The position numbers and the translations under genes were made by a program. Shown in pieces: positions 1 through 10,935 of a stretch of DNA of 40,281 nt (its first letter is position 1; each line of letters begins with the position of its first letter). Under the pieces are notes generated by a model. It did not search any database. It saw nothing but the letters and a program-made list of their open reading frames with translations, and was not told the origin of the DNA. Source of the DNA: Coniocarpon cinnabarinum (Eukaryota); the NCBI GenBank assembly GCA_051942205.1, contig JAVECO010000197.1, forward strand, positions 1 through 40,281. The letters are read 5' to 3'.

Positions 1-1
1 A

Positions 2-916
2 CAGTCCATCGGCAACCCCGCCGCCATGGCTAATAACCCACCCCCGCAGCAATCGCCGTTCCCCTTTCCCCCAAACGCAGGCATGGCTAATAATCCGGGC
101 CTCTTTCAGTATATGCAACAGCAGCAAGCCGCGCGCCATCATCCCAACGCGAACATATGGGCAGGGGCCCAGACTCCCACGCATGCAAATCACACGCCGA
201 ATCCTCCACATCAAAGTCCTATGCATGGAGGTCACGCCCAACTGCCCCAATACCAAGGTCACATATCACCACATATGCAACGATCACCCCACCCACAACA
301 ACACGGCCATCCCCACGGCCATCCATCTCAAATAAACGCAATGCAAAATCCACACGCCAGTATTCAAAGCCAAGGAGGTCTACCCCCAGGCTCATCAATG
401 TCCGGTCCCAACATGTCGCCGTTGGGTGCGACGCACGGCGGCGGCGGCGGCGGCGGCGGACTAGGTGGAGGTGGCAGTGGCATAGCAGGAGCAGGAGGCG
501 GCATCGGCATCGGCGGCATGGGAATGGGATTCCAAACCATGGGCGCGGGGACAATGCCCCAAAATCCCTACGCAGCCATGAACCGTGCCATGTTTCCACA
601 AGGAGGCGGCGGCGGTGGTGGACCTGGTGGAATGAGCGGTGGAGGCGGAGGCCCTGGCGGTCCTGGCGGCATGGGAGGAGGAGGCGGCGGCGGACCCGGC
701 GGAATGAGTGGCAGCGGCGGTGGAGCAGGCAGCCCACCGCAATTCATGGGTGGGATGGGCGGAGGCAGTGGAGCAGGTGGAGCAGCAGGAGGCGGTGGTG
801 GTGGTCAAGGGAACATGGGAATATATGGAGGAGGGGGAGGAGGAGGAATGGGCATGATGAATGCCATGCACGCAGGTCAGACATCCGGACCCGGCGCGCA
901 ATGGGGTGGATTCTAA
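2..916 (+). CDS. 3' part of a gene encoding a Gln/His/Pro- then Gly/Met-rich low-complexity C-terminus; product unidentified, probably 5'-truncated
   Basis: The frame is open from the window edge (CAG TCC ATC GGC AAC..., QSIGNPAAMANNPPPQQ) to TAA at 914-916. Composition is coherent prion-like/IDR with poly-Gly runs, ending AQWGGF. No folded domain is visible. Confidence 0.75.
   Translation, partial: QSIGNPAAMANNPPPQQSPFPFPPNAGMANNPGLFQYMQQQQAARHHPNANIWAGAQTPTHANHTPNPPHQSPMHGGHAQLPQYQGHISPHMQRSPHPQQHGHPHGHPSQINAMQNPHASIQSQGGLPPGSSMSGPNMSPLGATHGGGGGGGGLGGGGSGIAGAGGGIGIGGMGMGFQTMGAGTMPQNPYAAMNRAMFPQGGGGGGGPGGMSGGGGGPGGPGGMGGGGGGGPGGMSGSGGGAGSPPQFMGGMGGGSGAGGAAGGGGGGQGNMGIYGGGGGGGMGMMNAMHAGQTSGPGAQWGGF
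437..457 (+). repeat. (GGC)7 trinucleotide microsatellite encoding poly-Gly
   Basis: Seven perfect GGC units read directly, inside the low-complexity CDS. Confidence 0.85.
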
Positions 917-1480
917 AGAGGAGCGTAATGCGACCTGCGTGAAGACGAGGATAATGAGAGCGTCTTGAAGAATCGCTCTGAAAGAGGTTGTTTGACGAAA
1001 GGATTCAGGTCAACACGTCGACGATTGAGCTCTTGCATTTTGCGCAGACGAGGTGGGTCTTTGACATTCTGCGCGCATGTTGATGGGTACTCTTGCGCGA
1101 ACGGCGCTTTGCATGTATGAGGTTCTCATGGCTTGGGTGGGGTTCTCTTGCAAGTTTTGCGACGGAGCTGAGGACTCGGCTCCAAGGGCGCGGTCATGAG
1201 CATACGCTGGGCGTTAGGATCACATGTGGGAGACGTCGGCATAGACGACGTATCTGTTTCAGTTCGTATGTGGCATCGCTTATATTAATTCATCTGAGGC
1301 CAGGTCCTCTTTACCACTCATAACATGAAAAGTGATCCAATCCGTCTTCATTGTGGAAAGCGCTAATGTACAATCAGACTCGTCAGCCGTCATCGTCGTC
1401 CCTCGTCACGCCTGTGCTCGGAACTCCTCGCGCCATCTGGGAGCGCCGATGCAGAGCCAGAAGAAACACTAATTGGAGCA

Positions 1481-2487
1481 TCACTTCGGGCACTCCAGCC
1501 CCACCTCGCCCGTCGCAGCGTCCCTGTCGGCATCAGTATCGGCTGCCCTTTTCACAAAGTCGAAGGGGCAGACACTCACCTCTTCATCTTGAACGTGCCG
1601 GGCTTCACGTCCAAGGTCTTCCTCACGGCCTCCTCCAAGGCCTCCAGACCCGCGTCGAACGAGGTGGTGTATGCGTTCTCACCCACCTACACAGACAGAC
1701 AGACGGATCAGCTTCAGAACAGCAAATGCAGGGAGAAGAATGATGTCTTCATGACGGGGCCATGTGTCGATGCCGGACAATCGGGGGAGGCACTACATAC
1801 CTTCTTGGACTCCCCGTGCTGGAAAGTGTCAAGACCCTCTGCGAGGGCTCAATGGATGTTAGCCAAGGCGTAAAAGGAATCGGCAAGTTGAGCACTCACA
1901 CTCAATGGCAGAGGCCATCGCCAGGGTCTGCGCCTGCAGAGCGTTGCTGGCGCGTGGTCGTAGAGCCGGAGCCCCTGCCTCCCGCGATTTGGCGTAGGCA
2001 TGGAGCCACTCCACGTTGTAGAGACCATGGACAGTCCCATTGTCCATGGCCCCAGAGGCCGTGCTGTTGGCGACCTCCGAGGTGTCGACCAACATCCACG
2101 GCCCGGCAGAGCTGTCTGCGACAGACCTGCGCGGCTTTGCGTCAGCAGAGCACCCTCCCGAGATCCATCCAAAGGCGACGATGCAGCACGAGAATGGCAA
2201 CATAAGGGCTCGACTTACCGGACCTCGCCTCCTGCATTACACCTCTTCCACAACTCAGGCTGTTGTGGCATGGCGTCTAGCGCCACTTGGGGCACCATGC
2301 TAAGGAGTTGATCGTTGCTCAAGGCATTGAGCATTTCGGCAGTGCCCTCATGGACTGCCCGACGCCTGTCCTCGGCATTTTCTCTCCTCATTTCCTTGTA
2401 GATGGGAATGCCTGTGCCAAGAGTTGCTGCGACCCCCGCCGTGCCAACCACGGCAGTAACAATAGGAGCAGCAAGGAAGGCACCCAT
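1481..2487 (-). CDS. Orphan 5-exon gene, about 230 aa, with an N-terminal hydrophobic Gly/Ala/Thr/Val helix
   Basis: Exons 2487-2219, 2126-1900, 1847-1801, 1686-1580 and 1523-1481 total 693 nt (231 codons). Donors are GTAAGT, GTGAGT, GTATGT and GTGAGT; branch sites GCTGAC, GCTAAC, GCTGAT and ACTGAT. Splice phases are consistent and the 3' exons are GC3-rich. Protein MGAFLAAPIVTAVVGTAGVAATLGTGIPIYKEMRRE...GEVGLECPK. Intron 2 needs a GAG acceptor. Confidence 0.75.
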
Positions 2488-2662
2488 GTGTGCGTGATTG
2501 GGTTTGAAATAATGTTTGAATAAGTGTGCAGCTTTGGAAAGGATGTGAGACAGAGCAGTCGCTGCAGGGATACTTGAGTGACTCGGATTTGGAATCAGGA
2601 TAGAATGCAGGAGGAAGTGTGCGGAGTGTGCGTCTTTTATGTTTCTGATCCGAGGCCTTGAG

Positions 2663-2757
2663 CTGCAAGAGCGCACATATTAGCAGAATGCTCCTATTGA
2701 GGGGACTCCTCACAACAGTTGAACTCTAAATGAACGTCACAAGGGTTGTGAACATAC
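2663..2757 (-). other. Putative 5'-UTR intron upstream of the orphan gene
   Basis: Minus strand reads AG|GTATGT...GCTAAT...TTGCAG|, 95 nt, ending about 175 nt upstream of the ATG at 2487. Confidence 0.55.
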
Positions 2758-5700
2758 CTCATCTGGCTCGTCCTCATCCCCGCCTTTGGCCCAGGCGGTT
2801 TTGGCCAGTGGAATCCGTCTTGATGACATTCGATGATGTTGCTGTCAATCTGCGAGTCGCGACGGTAGCAACAGTCCCCCACCAGTCGTGAAAGTGAGCA
2901 AGTCGGTAGGCAAGGGCGATGACCTTTCCCTGGATCACGAGGGCGGAGTGAAGGCCTGGAGTGGCTAACGCGAGCATCGACTGAAGCGTAGAAGCAGCGG
3001 CGTCAGCCACTGAGCAGGAGAAAGCGTGAGTAAAAGCGTGGATGGGTCCATGTTAGGAAAGCAGATGAGCAAGTTCGAAGGGGGAGAACAAGCGAGAATG
3101 CTGCCACCTGGCGAGCAAGACCGTTGTGAACGGAGGGATGAGAGGAGCTGATGTGGGATGTGGACGGAAGAAAGGGAAAGATATGTTGGTGGAAAGAATA
3201 AATAACTTTCCGTTGCTAGGAGAGAGCAAAACGCGCAACAAGAAGGAGCCGTTGCAATGGTTGTGTGGGAATAGAGGAAGGAAGAACAGAAGTCGGAATG
3301 AGAAGAGTACGAGGGGAAGGCGCAACAACTGCATCGGCGGTTGCCTTTTTTTCAGCGCAAAGCTTGTCGGAGAGCAAGGAAACTGAGGGATGTGCTGGTG
3401 GCAAGCCAGGACGTAAACAAGCATCGCAGCTCAAAGATGTACGAGAACTGCCTAGTTGTTTTCTCTTCTGTGTCATGGACTTTGCCGTTTATTTTCGAGG
3501 CGTGCGACATCATATGCGTGAGAGGATGTGTGCAAGGGATGCCATCAATGACGTTCTCGCCAGATTCTTTCAGCAAGTTGGCATATTGCAGTGGCTTAAC
3601 GACCTTACCCACCGCCAACGACAAGAGCGTGGATGACTCGGCCGAAAATTCGTCATTGTCTCATATTAGGATTAGAGAAAGAGTGATTTTCAATACTGTG
3701 AACGATCAGTGAAGAAACCTAGGTAGAGATAGCCGAGTTCAAGCTTGACTCCATCGCTCGGCTGGGCTACTCCAACTTTGACGGCCATGCAGCACACGGA
3801 AATACAAGACCTGAAGTTGTACCTATTGCGTTGACGAGTAAAGGGCGACCATGGCGTCACCCCGATACGAGACTGTCTTCGGCAAAGAGGTAACCTACCT
3901 CTTCGAACTCAAGGCATTCGAGCGCTTTGGTTCGAGCCTCTCCTCAGACAGGAAAGAGTCGTGGTCAAATTGACTGTTGCTCACTGCAAAACAATGAAAA
4001 ATCTAGAATGACTCGCGCATCTCTAGAGCTGCGAGTTCATTCACAATCACATTCAATCACATCTGCATGTCTGCTTCAATGCGACGGTAGTTTCGCATGC
4101 CGTTCAAGCACGGAGTCTGAGTCTTGATGTTCAACTTCGGTGGTCTTCAGGACATGCAGCAATGTATCTATCATTGTAGGGTATGGCGGCGAAAGTAGCA
4201 AGGTTGATCTTGAGCTCGCATTGGCTCCACGTCCCGATCATTTTTTAGGTATATCTTACGTATGCATATGTTCAGAGAGCAAGTTGGAGCTCCCACCACA
4301 GCATCGCCAATATCACTTCTCTCATGATGGCATTTTATGACTAGCATGGCTAGGCATCTAAGCAGCCTCTTCCTTGGTCATTTTGTTTCTGTTGCGGAAG
4401 AGTGTCAACGAATCTAGCGCATGGCTTTTCCTACCCGGAATCTGTTTACGTGCTTTCGAGCAAACAATTCAATGGTGGTCCTGCAGACGTGGTCTTTCAG
4501 ACATGTGTAATGCACTGCAGCTCTAGTGAGCTCAATTGCATCACCACTGACGCGAACGAAGGCGCTCATATTCGACGCGCTGTGTGATGAGGAAGCGATG
4601 TGATGAGGCAGCGACGAGGCTTTGCATGAATGCATTCATCATGTTGTCGCCCTGCTAGGTTTGGAAACGTGACTGGACTCGGAACACCAATCTTGGTGAA
4701 AATAAAAACAACTGACGGTCTGACATGGCATGCACCATATGAGCGACAGTTGTTCCCTTCAACTCGGTTCAGCAGTCCATGCGGTATATCGATTTCTGCT
4801 ACGCTCTGCCAAGCCAGCTTTTTGATGTAAGTAGGCCTGAAGACGCTGCTCGAAAAATCAGGAGAGTGGTTCTAATGACTCGTATAGCAGCGCCACAATA
4901 CCTTGTCAGATCACGTGATATTGTCACAGCATCATTGCACGTACACATCAGCTCCCTTGTCGCGAAGCGGTCTCATCCCTGGACTTACGTTCTTCTTCAA
5001 TCTCTATGTTCGTGGCTGTGATGACTTATCAGTGCAATGAGAGCGCGCAAAGGAGTTCCAAGACACTGCCGTAGAGTCGTTAGCATCGGGGACGGACGTT
5101 CTACAGCACCAAGCTATCTCAGAGATATAATCCTTATAAAGGCTTGGCCATGAAGCAATAGGTCGGTAAGGCCCAGCTAATTTCTGTGCACGTGTTGAGA
5201 CATCTACGCGGGCGTCATCTTGTTCTGCTGTAGGAGTATTGCATTCCCTCCCTTTCACTCCATGTCTCTGCATTGTTATGATCACCGAAGATGAAATCGT
5301 ATACAAAATGCTCCATGGTTCTCATACTCGCAGTGATTGCTGTTTCATCTCCAGCTACTCTAGCGGCTTCACAGCCGAGCTAAATGCTCATAATCATCGA
5401 GGTGAGATCAAGAACCACGTTACTGTCTCCCCACGAAGATAGAGAGAAGTCCCTTGTGTGAGCGGCTCAGCGATGCGACGCCAGTCAGCGTCTCTTCAAA
5501 TCCGGCGGACGAGCACCTTGGCTCTGTCAGCTCTTATTGGACTGTGCAGCAACGTGAGCTCCTCCCAGCATGTGTCACCAAGCCGCGAAATGCAAATGAA
5601 GTATCTCTCCGCGTGCGTCTGTCAAGCAAGACATACAAAATCGAGGAAATAACACTCCTCTTCCTGTGCGCTCCGTCATATGTGGTGGAGTTTATTCACC

Positions 5701-6490
5701 TGAGATGAACATTCAAATGTCGGCAAGGGCGTGGTTACAGCATCAACGAGGAGGTCAGATTGTCAAGCGATGAGTCAATATTCATGGGAGGAGAAGCTCG
5801 ATGGAGTAATCTGTATTCCGTACTAGAGCCTGAGGTAATCCAAAGATATGCATCCTCGTTCCCTGACTCCGGCCCGCCTCTCGTTCATCACTCGCTTACG
5901 ATGGAGACGATGCGTAAAGGCGATCCAAACGTGCTCGGGCTTCTTCCATGGCGGCCCCCAACTCGTTTCAGTGATGCAACTAGTTCAACGGAAGAATGGT
6001 GAAGACGACGCTGCCATTACTGCAGGGGCAAAGGCGTTGGTAAGGCAATGCCATGAGCGGGGGCGTCTATGATCCATACGTGTATTGCAACTACGCTAAC
6101 GGTGAGCAGGATGCCATTCCGGACTATGGCAAAGAGAATTGGCAGTTCTTGGAGAAGTCCAGCCGCACCTCTGACTCTGAAGTCTCTTCCTGACGGCTGG
6201 CGCATGGGGGTTTAAGCTCAATTGCGGATGGTGCTTCAGTAGTCTTTTGCAACAGAGACGGAGAAACATACTCTCGGACGTGAGAAATTTGATGATATGT
6301 CGCAGTCATGCGCACTAACTTACGGCACTGGAAGCGCACGCTTCATGATAGAATTACATGTGCCGGTCTCGGCTTTGCGAATATCGTCCAGCATTCGCGG
6401 TGGCGACTTGCTGTCCCCACGCTCGGCCTCCATTTGCTCTCGACCGAGTCATTACAGCCTTCATTGCTCCCACGACGTCCTCTTGCTCCA

Positions 6491-8572
6491 TCAAACACAC
6501 TTGCTGCATCCGTCTGCGTTGTTCACTCCTCCCTTGTTTACCACACTGGGCCAGCTGCTCGCGGAGGGTCTCACGTCCAACGCTGGGTTCCTCTTGAAGA
6601 AGTTGCGGGGTCTAAGCAACAAGGTCATCGGCTCTGCAGGCATGATCGGAAAATCCTCAGGTGCTGGAAAGTGCGTGATACCAAAAGTGTGCCACACGAC
6701 CACGTCCTGATCGACAATGCTGCCACTGGGATCTGACTCGATCCAATCCACAAGTGTACGGTTCGCCAGATTTGGCTCTCCAGATGTTTGTGGAACGTGG
6801 CGGCCTGCGGGGTGCAATTGAGCATCATCGTATTTTGTCACGTGTATTGCATGTCGTGCAAAGCCTGCACGGCGCCAGACAAGTGAATTTTCCTTGGGCA
6901 AGAGACGCGGCACTTCTCGTGAGACCAATTTGTAGCTGACGGGATTGCCCGAGTAAGGGTTCCTCTTGTTTCGGTTCACGAAGTCCCAAGTGCGACTTGT
7001 AGAGGAGTCATAATCGCATTTGCTGTCACCTTGGGTCTGAAGAAGCGTCTTGCGGCAAACGAAGCCATTGCCATGTGGGTTTTCATCCGTGCCAACATCC
7101 GCTGAAATTGGCACGGCATCTGATTGGAGCACTGAATTCGAGTGACCGTCGATCGAAGGATCAATACGCAGGCAAAATAGGTGCTGGTGGTTGTGAGCGT
7201 TCACGCCAGGATAAACTTGTGTGCCATAGCCTTTGAGGTCCTCGTTCGGCAACATGGCATAGGTATTGAGAATGCCGGTGAGCTTGATCTCGAGCTGGAT
7301 CGTTCCATCCATGTGCAGGATCCAATACACAGCGTATTCGTAGTTTGCAGCCGTGAACACGTGCGACATGATAAGCTTCCGGGCACGCGTGACGGTGCTG
7401 GCGTTATCTCGAAAGTCTGTATGCTTGAACAGTATACCTGAGTCTTCCTCGTGTATGCAGACAGCATGCTTAATGGTGCTCGTTTCGCCCGCCTTTGTAA
7501 CATGATGGAAAGGGAGGTATGCAATGGCACCTTTGCAATCACAGCCCAGGCCAAGGTCGTTTGTCATATAACCTCCACCGTATTCACCGAGATCGAATGC
7601 ATGCTTGCGTTGATGCGGGTGCTCAGGGTTGCCATACGGTACCACCATTTCTGCTAAGGAGACTCGCCAAATGATCGGCCTCTCGACACCACCCTCGTCT
7701 TTATCTACCCAGCGAACGTTGTGCAATGTAATGCCTTCACGGTAGTTGAAGCCAATACTCAAACGCCAATTCAGCCACGAGAGCTCATGACCTTGTAAGT
7801 TGAAAGAAACGCCTTGAGGCTGGGTGATATGTAGTGGTTTCAGGTCCTCGCGGTAACCACCGTAAGACTTCTCATCGTTGGCAGCAAAGTTGGTTGCGGG
7901 CGCAGTATTCAGTGGACGTCTCACATCAGGGACATCAATGTGGATGATCTCGTGCGTGTCGGCATTAAAGATTGGACAGAAGTCAAGAGGATAAGTGTAT
8001 TGGCTGTCGTCGATGTGAGGTCGGTAGTACATGAGTGCTTGTTGCAGGCGGACAGCGCTACCAAAGCGTGCATCATAGCCGATAGTCCAAGGATCGCAGT
8101 AGACCTTGCTCATGTCGTTGATACCGAGAACGGCACATTGGTCGATGACTTTGGAATCTGTGCGGCAGACCTTCTCAACCAATTGCAGGTCCTCCATTGT
8201 GATCAGAGGCTGTACACCAGGTGTGTGGTCCCATTGAGTCACCGTCTCAGTGCTCAAGTCGACCAGGCCATCGTACACTTTGCTGCCACGTCCGATCACT
8301 ACACAATCGGCAACACGAGGTGGACGTGAGGAAGAATCAGTCTTGTTGGAAAGCCATGCTATCATGTCAGCCTTTGGCGGCTCTCGGAGACTGATGGCGT
8401 TGAAGGCAACATGGCCGTCAAGTGCGGCAGCCTTCTCGCGGCGGATCACACGAACGGCGCAGTCTATCTCATCTGCCGAAAGCGGCTCCAATGGATGCGG
8501 CTGTGTGGGCTGTTTCTTTGGTGAGTAGGGGAGAATATGCGAGGCGATGCTGGCGAGCCGCTCGGTCGCCAT
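6491..8572 (-). CDS. AMO1: Copper/TPQ-dependent primary amine oxidase, probably peroxisomal, intronless
   Basis: Motifs: NYEY (TPQ precursor Tyr), AHNHQH and ITHFP (Cu ligands), FDLGEYG (catalytic Asp), EDFPIMP. First ATG is at 8572 (MATERLASIASHIL), with a PTS2-like RL-x5-HI. The ORF track start at 8605 is a non-ATG codon. Confidence 0.95.
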   Translation of the reverse strand: MATERLASIASHILPYSPKKQPTQPHPLEPLSADEIDCAVRVIRREKAAALDGHVAFNAISLREPPKADMIAWLSNKTDSSSRPPRVADCVVIGRGSKVYDGLVDLSTETVTQWDHTPGVQPLITMEDLQLVEKVCRTDSKVIDQCAVLGINDMSKVYCDPWTIGYDARFGSAVRLQQALMYYRPHIDDSQYTYPLDFCPIFNADTHEIIHIDVPDVRRPLNTAPATNFAANDEKSYGGYREDLKPLHITQPQGVSFNLQGHELSWLNWRLSIGFNYREGITLHNVRWVDKDEGGVERPIIWRVSLAEMVVPYGNPEHPHQRKHAFDLGEYGGGYMTNDLGLGCDCKGAIAYLPFHHVTKAGETSTIKHAVCIHEEDSGILFKHTDFRDNASTVTRARKLIMSHVFTAANYEYAVYWILHMDGTIQLEIKLTGILNTYAMLPNEDLKGYGTQVYPGVNAHNHQHLFCLRIDPSIDGHSNSVLQSDAVPISADVGTDENPHGNGFVCRKTLLQTQGDSKCDYDSSTSRTWDFVNRNKRNPYSGNPVSYKLVSREVPRLLPKENSLVWRRAGFARHAIHVTKYDDAQLHPAGRHVPQTSGEPNLANRTLVDWIESDPSGSIVDQDVVVWHTFGITHFPAPEDFPIMPAEPMTLLLRPRNFFKRNPALDVRPSASSWPSVVNKGGVNNADGCSKCV

Positions 8573-9406
8573 GCTTCTCTGCGTGATGTTGATGGGTCCA
8601 CCCAATGCCAGATAGTCGTTCGCGTTACTGGAGAGAATCTACTGTCGAGGATCAAGTCAGGCTCAGGTGGGAGTGGACTGCCTTGTGGAAGACTGTTGAT
8701 TTGTTTTGAAGCTCCAGGAGCCAGATCAAGATCCGCAAAAGGACAAGCAACGAGTCGAGTGGAGTTTACCTTATCATGGTCGTGACGCAGTACGAAACAG
8801 CAGAGCTTTGATAGGTGAAGCAGCGTCGTTGGTAGTAAGAGGTAGTGAGAGGTAGGTAGTGAGAGGCATGAAGGACACTAGCTTCCCCCACTTTCTCAAC
8901 CAAGGACTCGATTACCTTTCTGAGCAATGTCAAGCGAGCTGCTCTCCAGATAGCATCCCATCTTATCGCTCCACGGCAAGCCTCAAGAAGATGCAAGGCT
9001 CCCACACGATACGCGCAGATCATACGGTGTTGACAGTCAACCACAATAATCGACTCGGATGAATGACCCGGATGGTAGCTCGATTCTGAATTAGATACTC
9101 CGTCATACACTTTGTAATCATACGCGTCTTGCGTAGCTACTGCTAAGCTAGCACTGCGCGCATATACACTTACTGAAACTCCCATCCTGACATGTCCATT
9201 CACTCGGACGTCCGCCAACGCCATGCCATGCTTCAAAGAGAAATCAGTTCCCAATTCTCGCCTTGCTGCTCCTCGACGGGCGACAGTTCATTCGTCGTGT
9301 CCGTGTATGCGAACTGTGTGTAGTCTGGAGCTCGTGCTGGCCCGTGCCGTCGTGCTGCGCCGTGCCGTCGTGCTCCGTTTCTTTCTCTCCACGCTGAGGA
9401 TCGGCG

Positions 9407-10935
9407 CTATCGACCTCCGAAAGAGAAATTGAACGCATTTCCCATGCCGCTCCCGTACCCGTGTGGTCCTGGGGTTGTGGCCATATTCGGGTGACTGTTT
9501 GGTGGCGCTGTAGGCCCGTCATGCTGCGTTGATGCCATTGAGCTGGGGGTCATGACAGGGTTGAAGAGTGACGCTCCAGTGCTGTTTGGCGTCTGCATTC
9601 CTGCTATGGCTGCAGCTTGAGAGGCTGCTGAAGCTGGGGGTCCCACCCCGGACAGGCCCCAAATCTTACCTATACACTCGTCTGGAACGTTGTTGCCAAA
9701 CATTTTGCTGCGCATGGACCAGAACACCATGCCTGTGAGCCAAGCATCTGATCCAGCTGTGTGCGGCCGACCCTCACGTTGACAGCCCAGCTCCTCAGCC
9801 AGATCGTTGAGACCTGATTTTTGTCCAATGCTGTTGATTATGTTTGAAGCTGTCGTATTTGTGACTCCTTTTGCGTGATCTCGCTGTGCTTGTCGGAACA
9901 AGAACTTGATGTCGTATAAGCGGGGAAACCACATGCGAACAATCTTGAGGTATTCGTCCTCGTCGTTAGGCAATTGTTGACAGGCCATGATCTTGACCAA
10001 GTAGCCAAAGTCATATCCAGAATGAAAGGACAGCCAGCTAACATCTGGATCAAGTACCAAGCCAGAGGTAATCAAGAGAGAGCCAAATACCTTCGGATCA
10101 ATGCCGTTCTCGCGACATTTGGTGAAATCAACACCAGCCTTTTGAAGCATATCGATTGAATCCTGAGAGTACATGTCATCCTGCAGAGAAAACTGGAAAT
10201 TGAATGTCCATGTACATGGACACACAACTAGATTGTTGGGGTATCCTCGACCTGAAGGCTGCTCGGACTGCGCAGGAGGTAGATCTCCCTCGACAGAGAA
10301 AAGAGTGATGCCTAGCTGGATAAGTTTGAGAAGGTCGACGTTGCATCGGAGGCATTGATAATGGTAGTCTGCCTTGCTGGGGAAATTGCCCATTGGACGA
10401 GCGACGATGCCGGGAAACTCAGTGTCCTACACGGTTCATTTTAGTACGGTTGCTCCAAAAACATTGAGGTGCAACAACTGACCATGCTGACGTAGGGATA
10501 TCTGTCCACCAATTGACGGATTACTGCCATCTCTTGATGCAAATTATGCTTGTACACTTCGCGAATTCTTGTCGGTCCACGAGCACCAGCGAGAGTTGTC
10601 AGGGCATCATGGCCAGCCAATTGTCCTTGTTGCTCTTGCAAAGCAGCGCCTCTGGCGAAGCGCATCTGCGCTTCCTGGCTACCAAGACCTGCCGCTCCAC
10701 CTAGTGCTCCGGCGAAGTGTCCTGGCCCATTTGCAAGACCAGAATTGAAGATGTTGCCGTTTTGCTGCGCGTTTGGAGCACCGAAGCCTCCATTGCTAAA
10801 GCCTTGGCCACTGAAACCAGCCAGCGAAGTCTGATGCTGGTCGTGAGAATAGGCCGATTGAGGGTGCTGGGAATACTGATTGAACGGATTTGAGAGGTTT
10901 GAGTGGCGGTAATGACCGCTAACAGCCGGCGGCAT
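9407..10935 (-). CDS. CAF1: CCR4-NOT deadenylase subunit Caf1/Pop2 (CNOT7 family, DEDD nuclease)
   Basis: Exons 10935-10483 and 10426-9407. Intron 10482-10427 (GTCAGT...TAG) restores YVSM|DTEFPGIVARP. Also YQCLRCNVDLLKLIQLG, SFHSGYDFGY and HTAGSDA. Confidence 0.95.

Noticed and set aside
157..942. Arg-rich 261-aa ORF and antisense ORFs over the first gene
   Set aside because: Shadow frames of GGC/GGA-rich poly-Gly coding sequence.
3476..3636. Short plus-strand ORF MDFAVYFRGVRHH... (about 53 aa)
   Set aside because: No homology, splice or codon evidence strong enough to call it.
9349..9375. Short tandem duplication (CCGTGCCGTCGTGCT-type unit) downstream of the CAF1 stop
   Set aside because: Only two copies in a probable 3' UTR, so most likely simple slippage.
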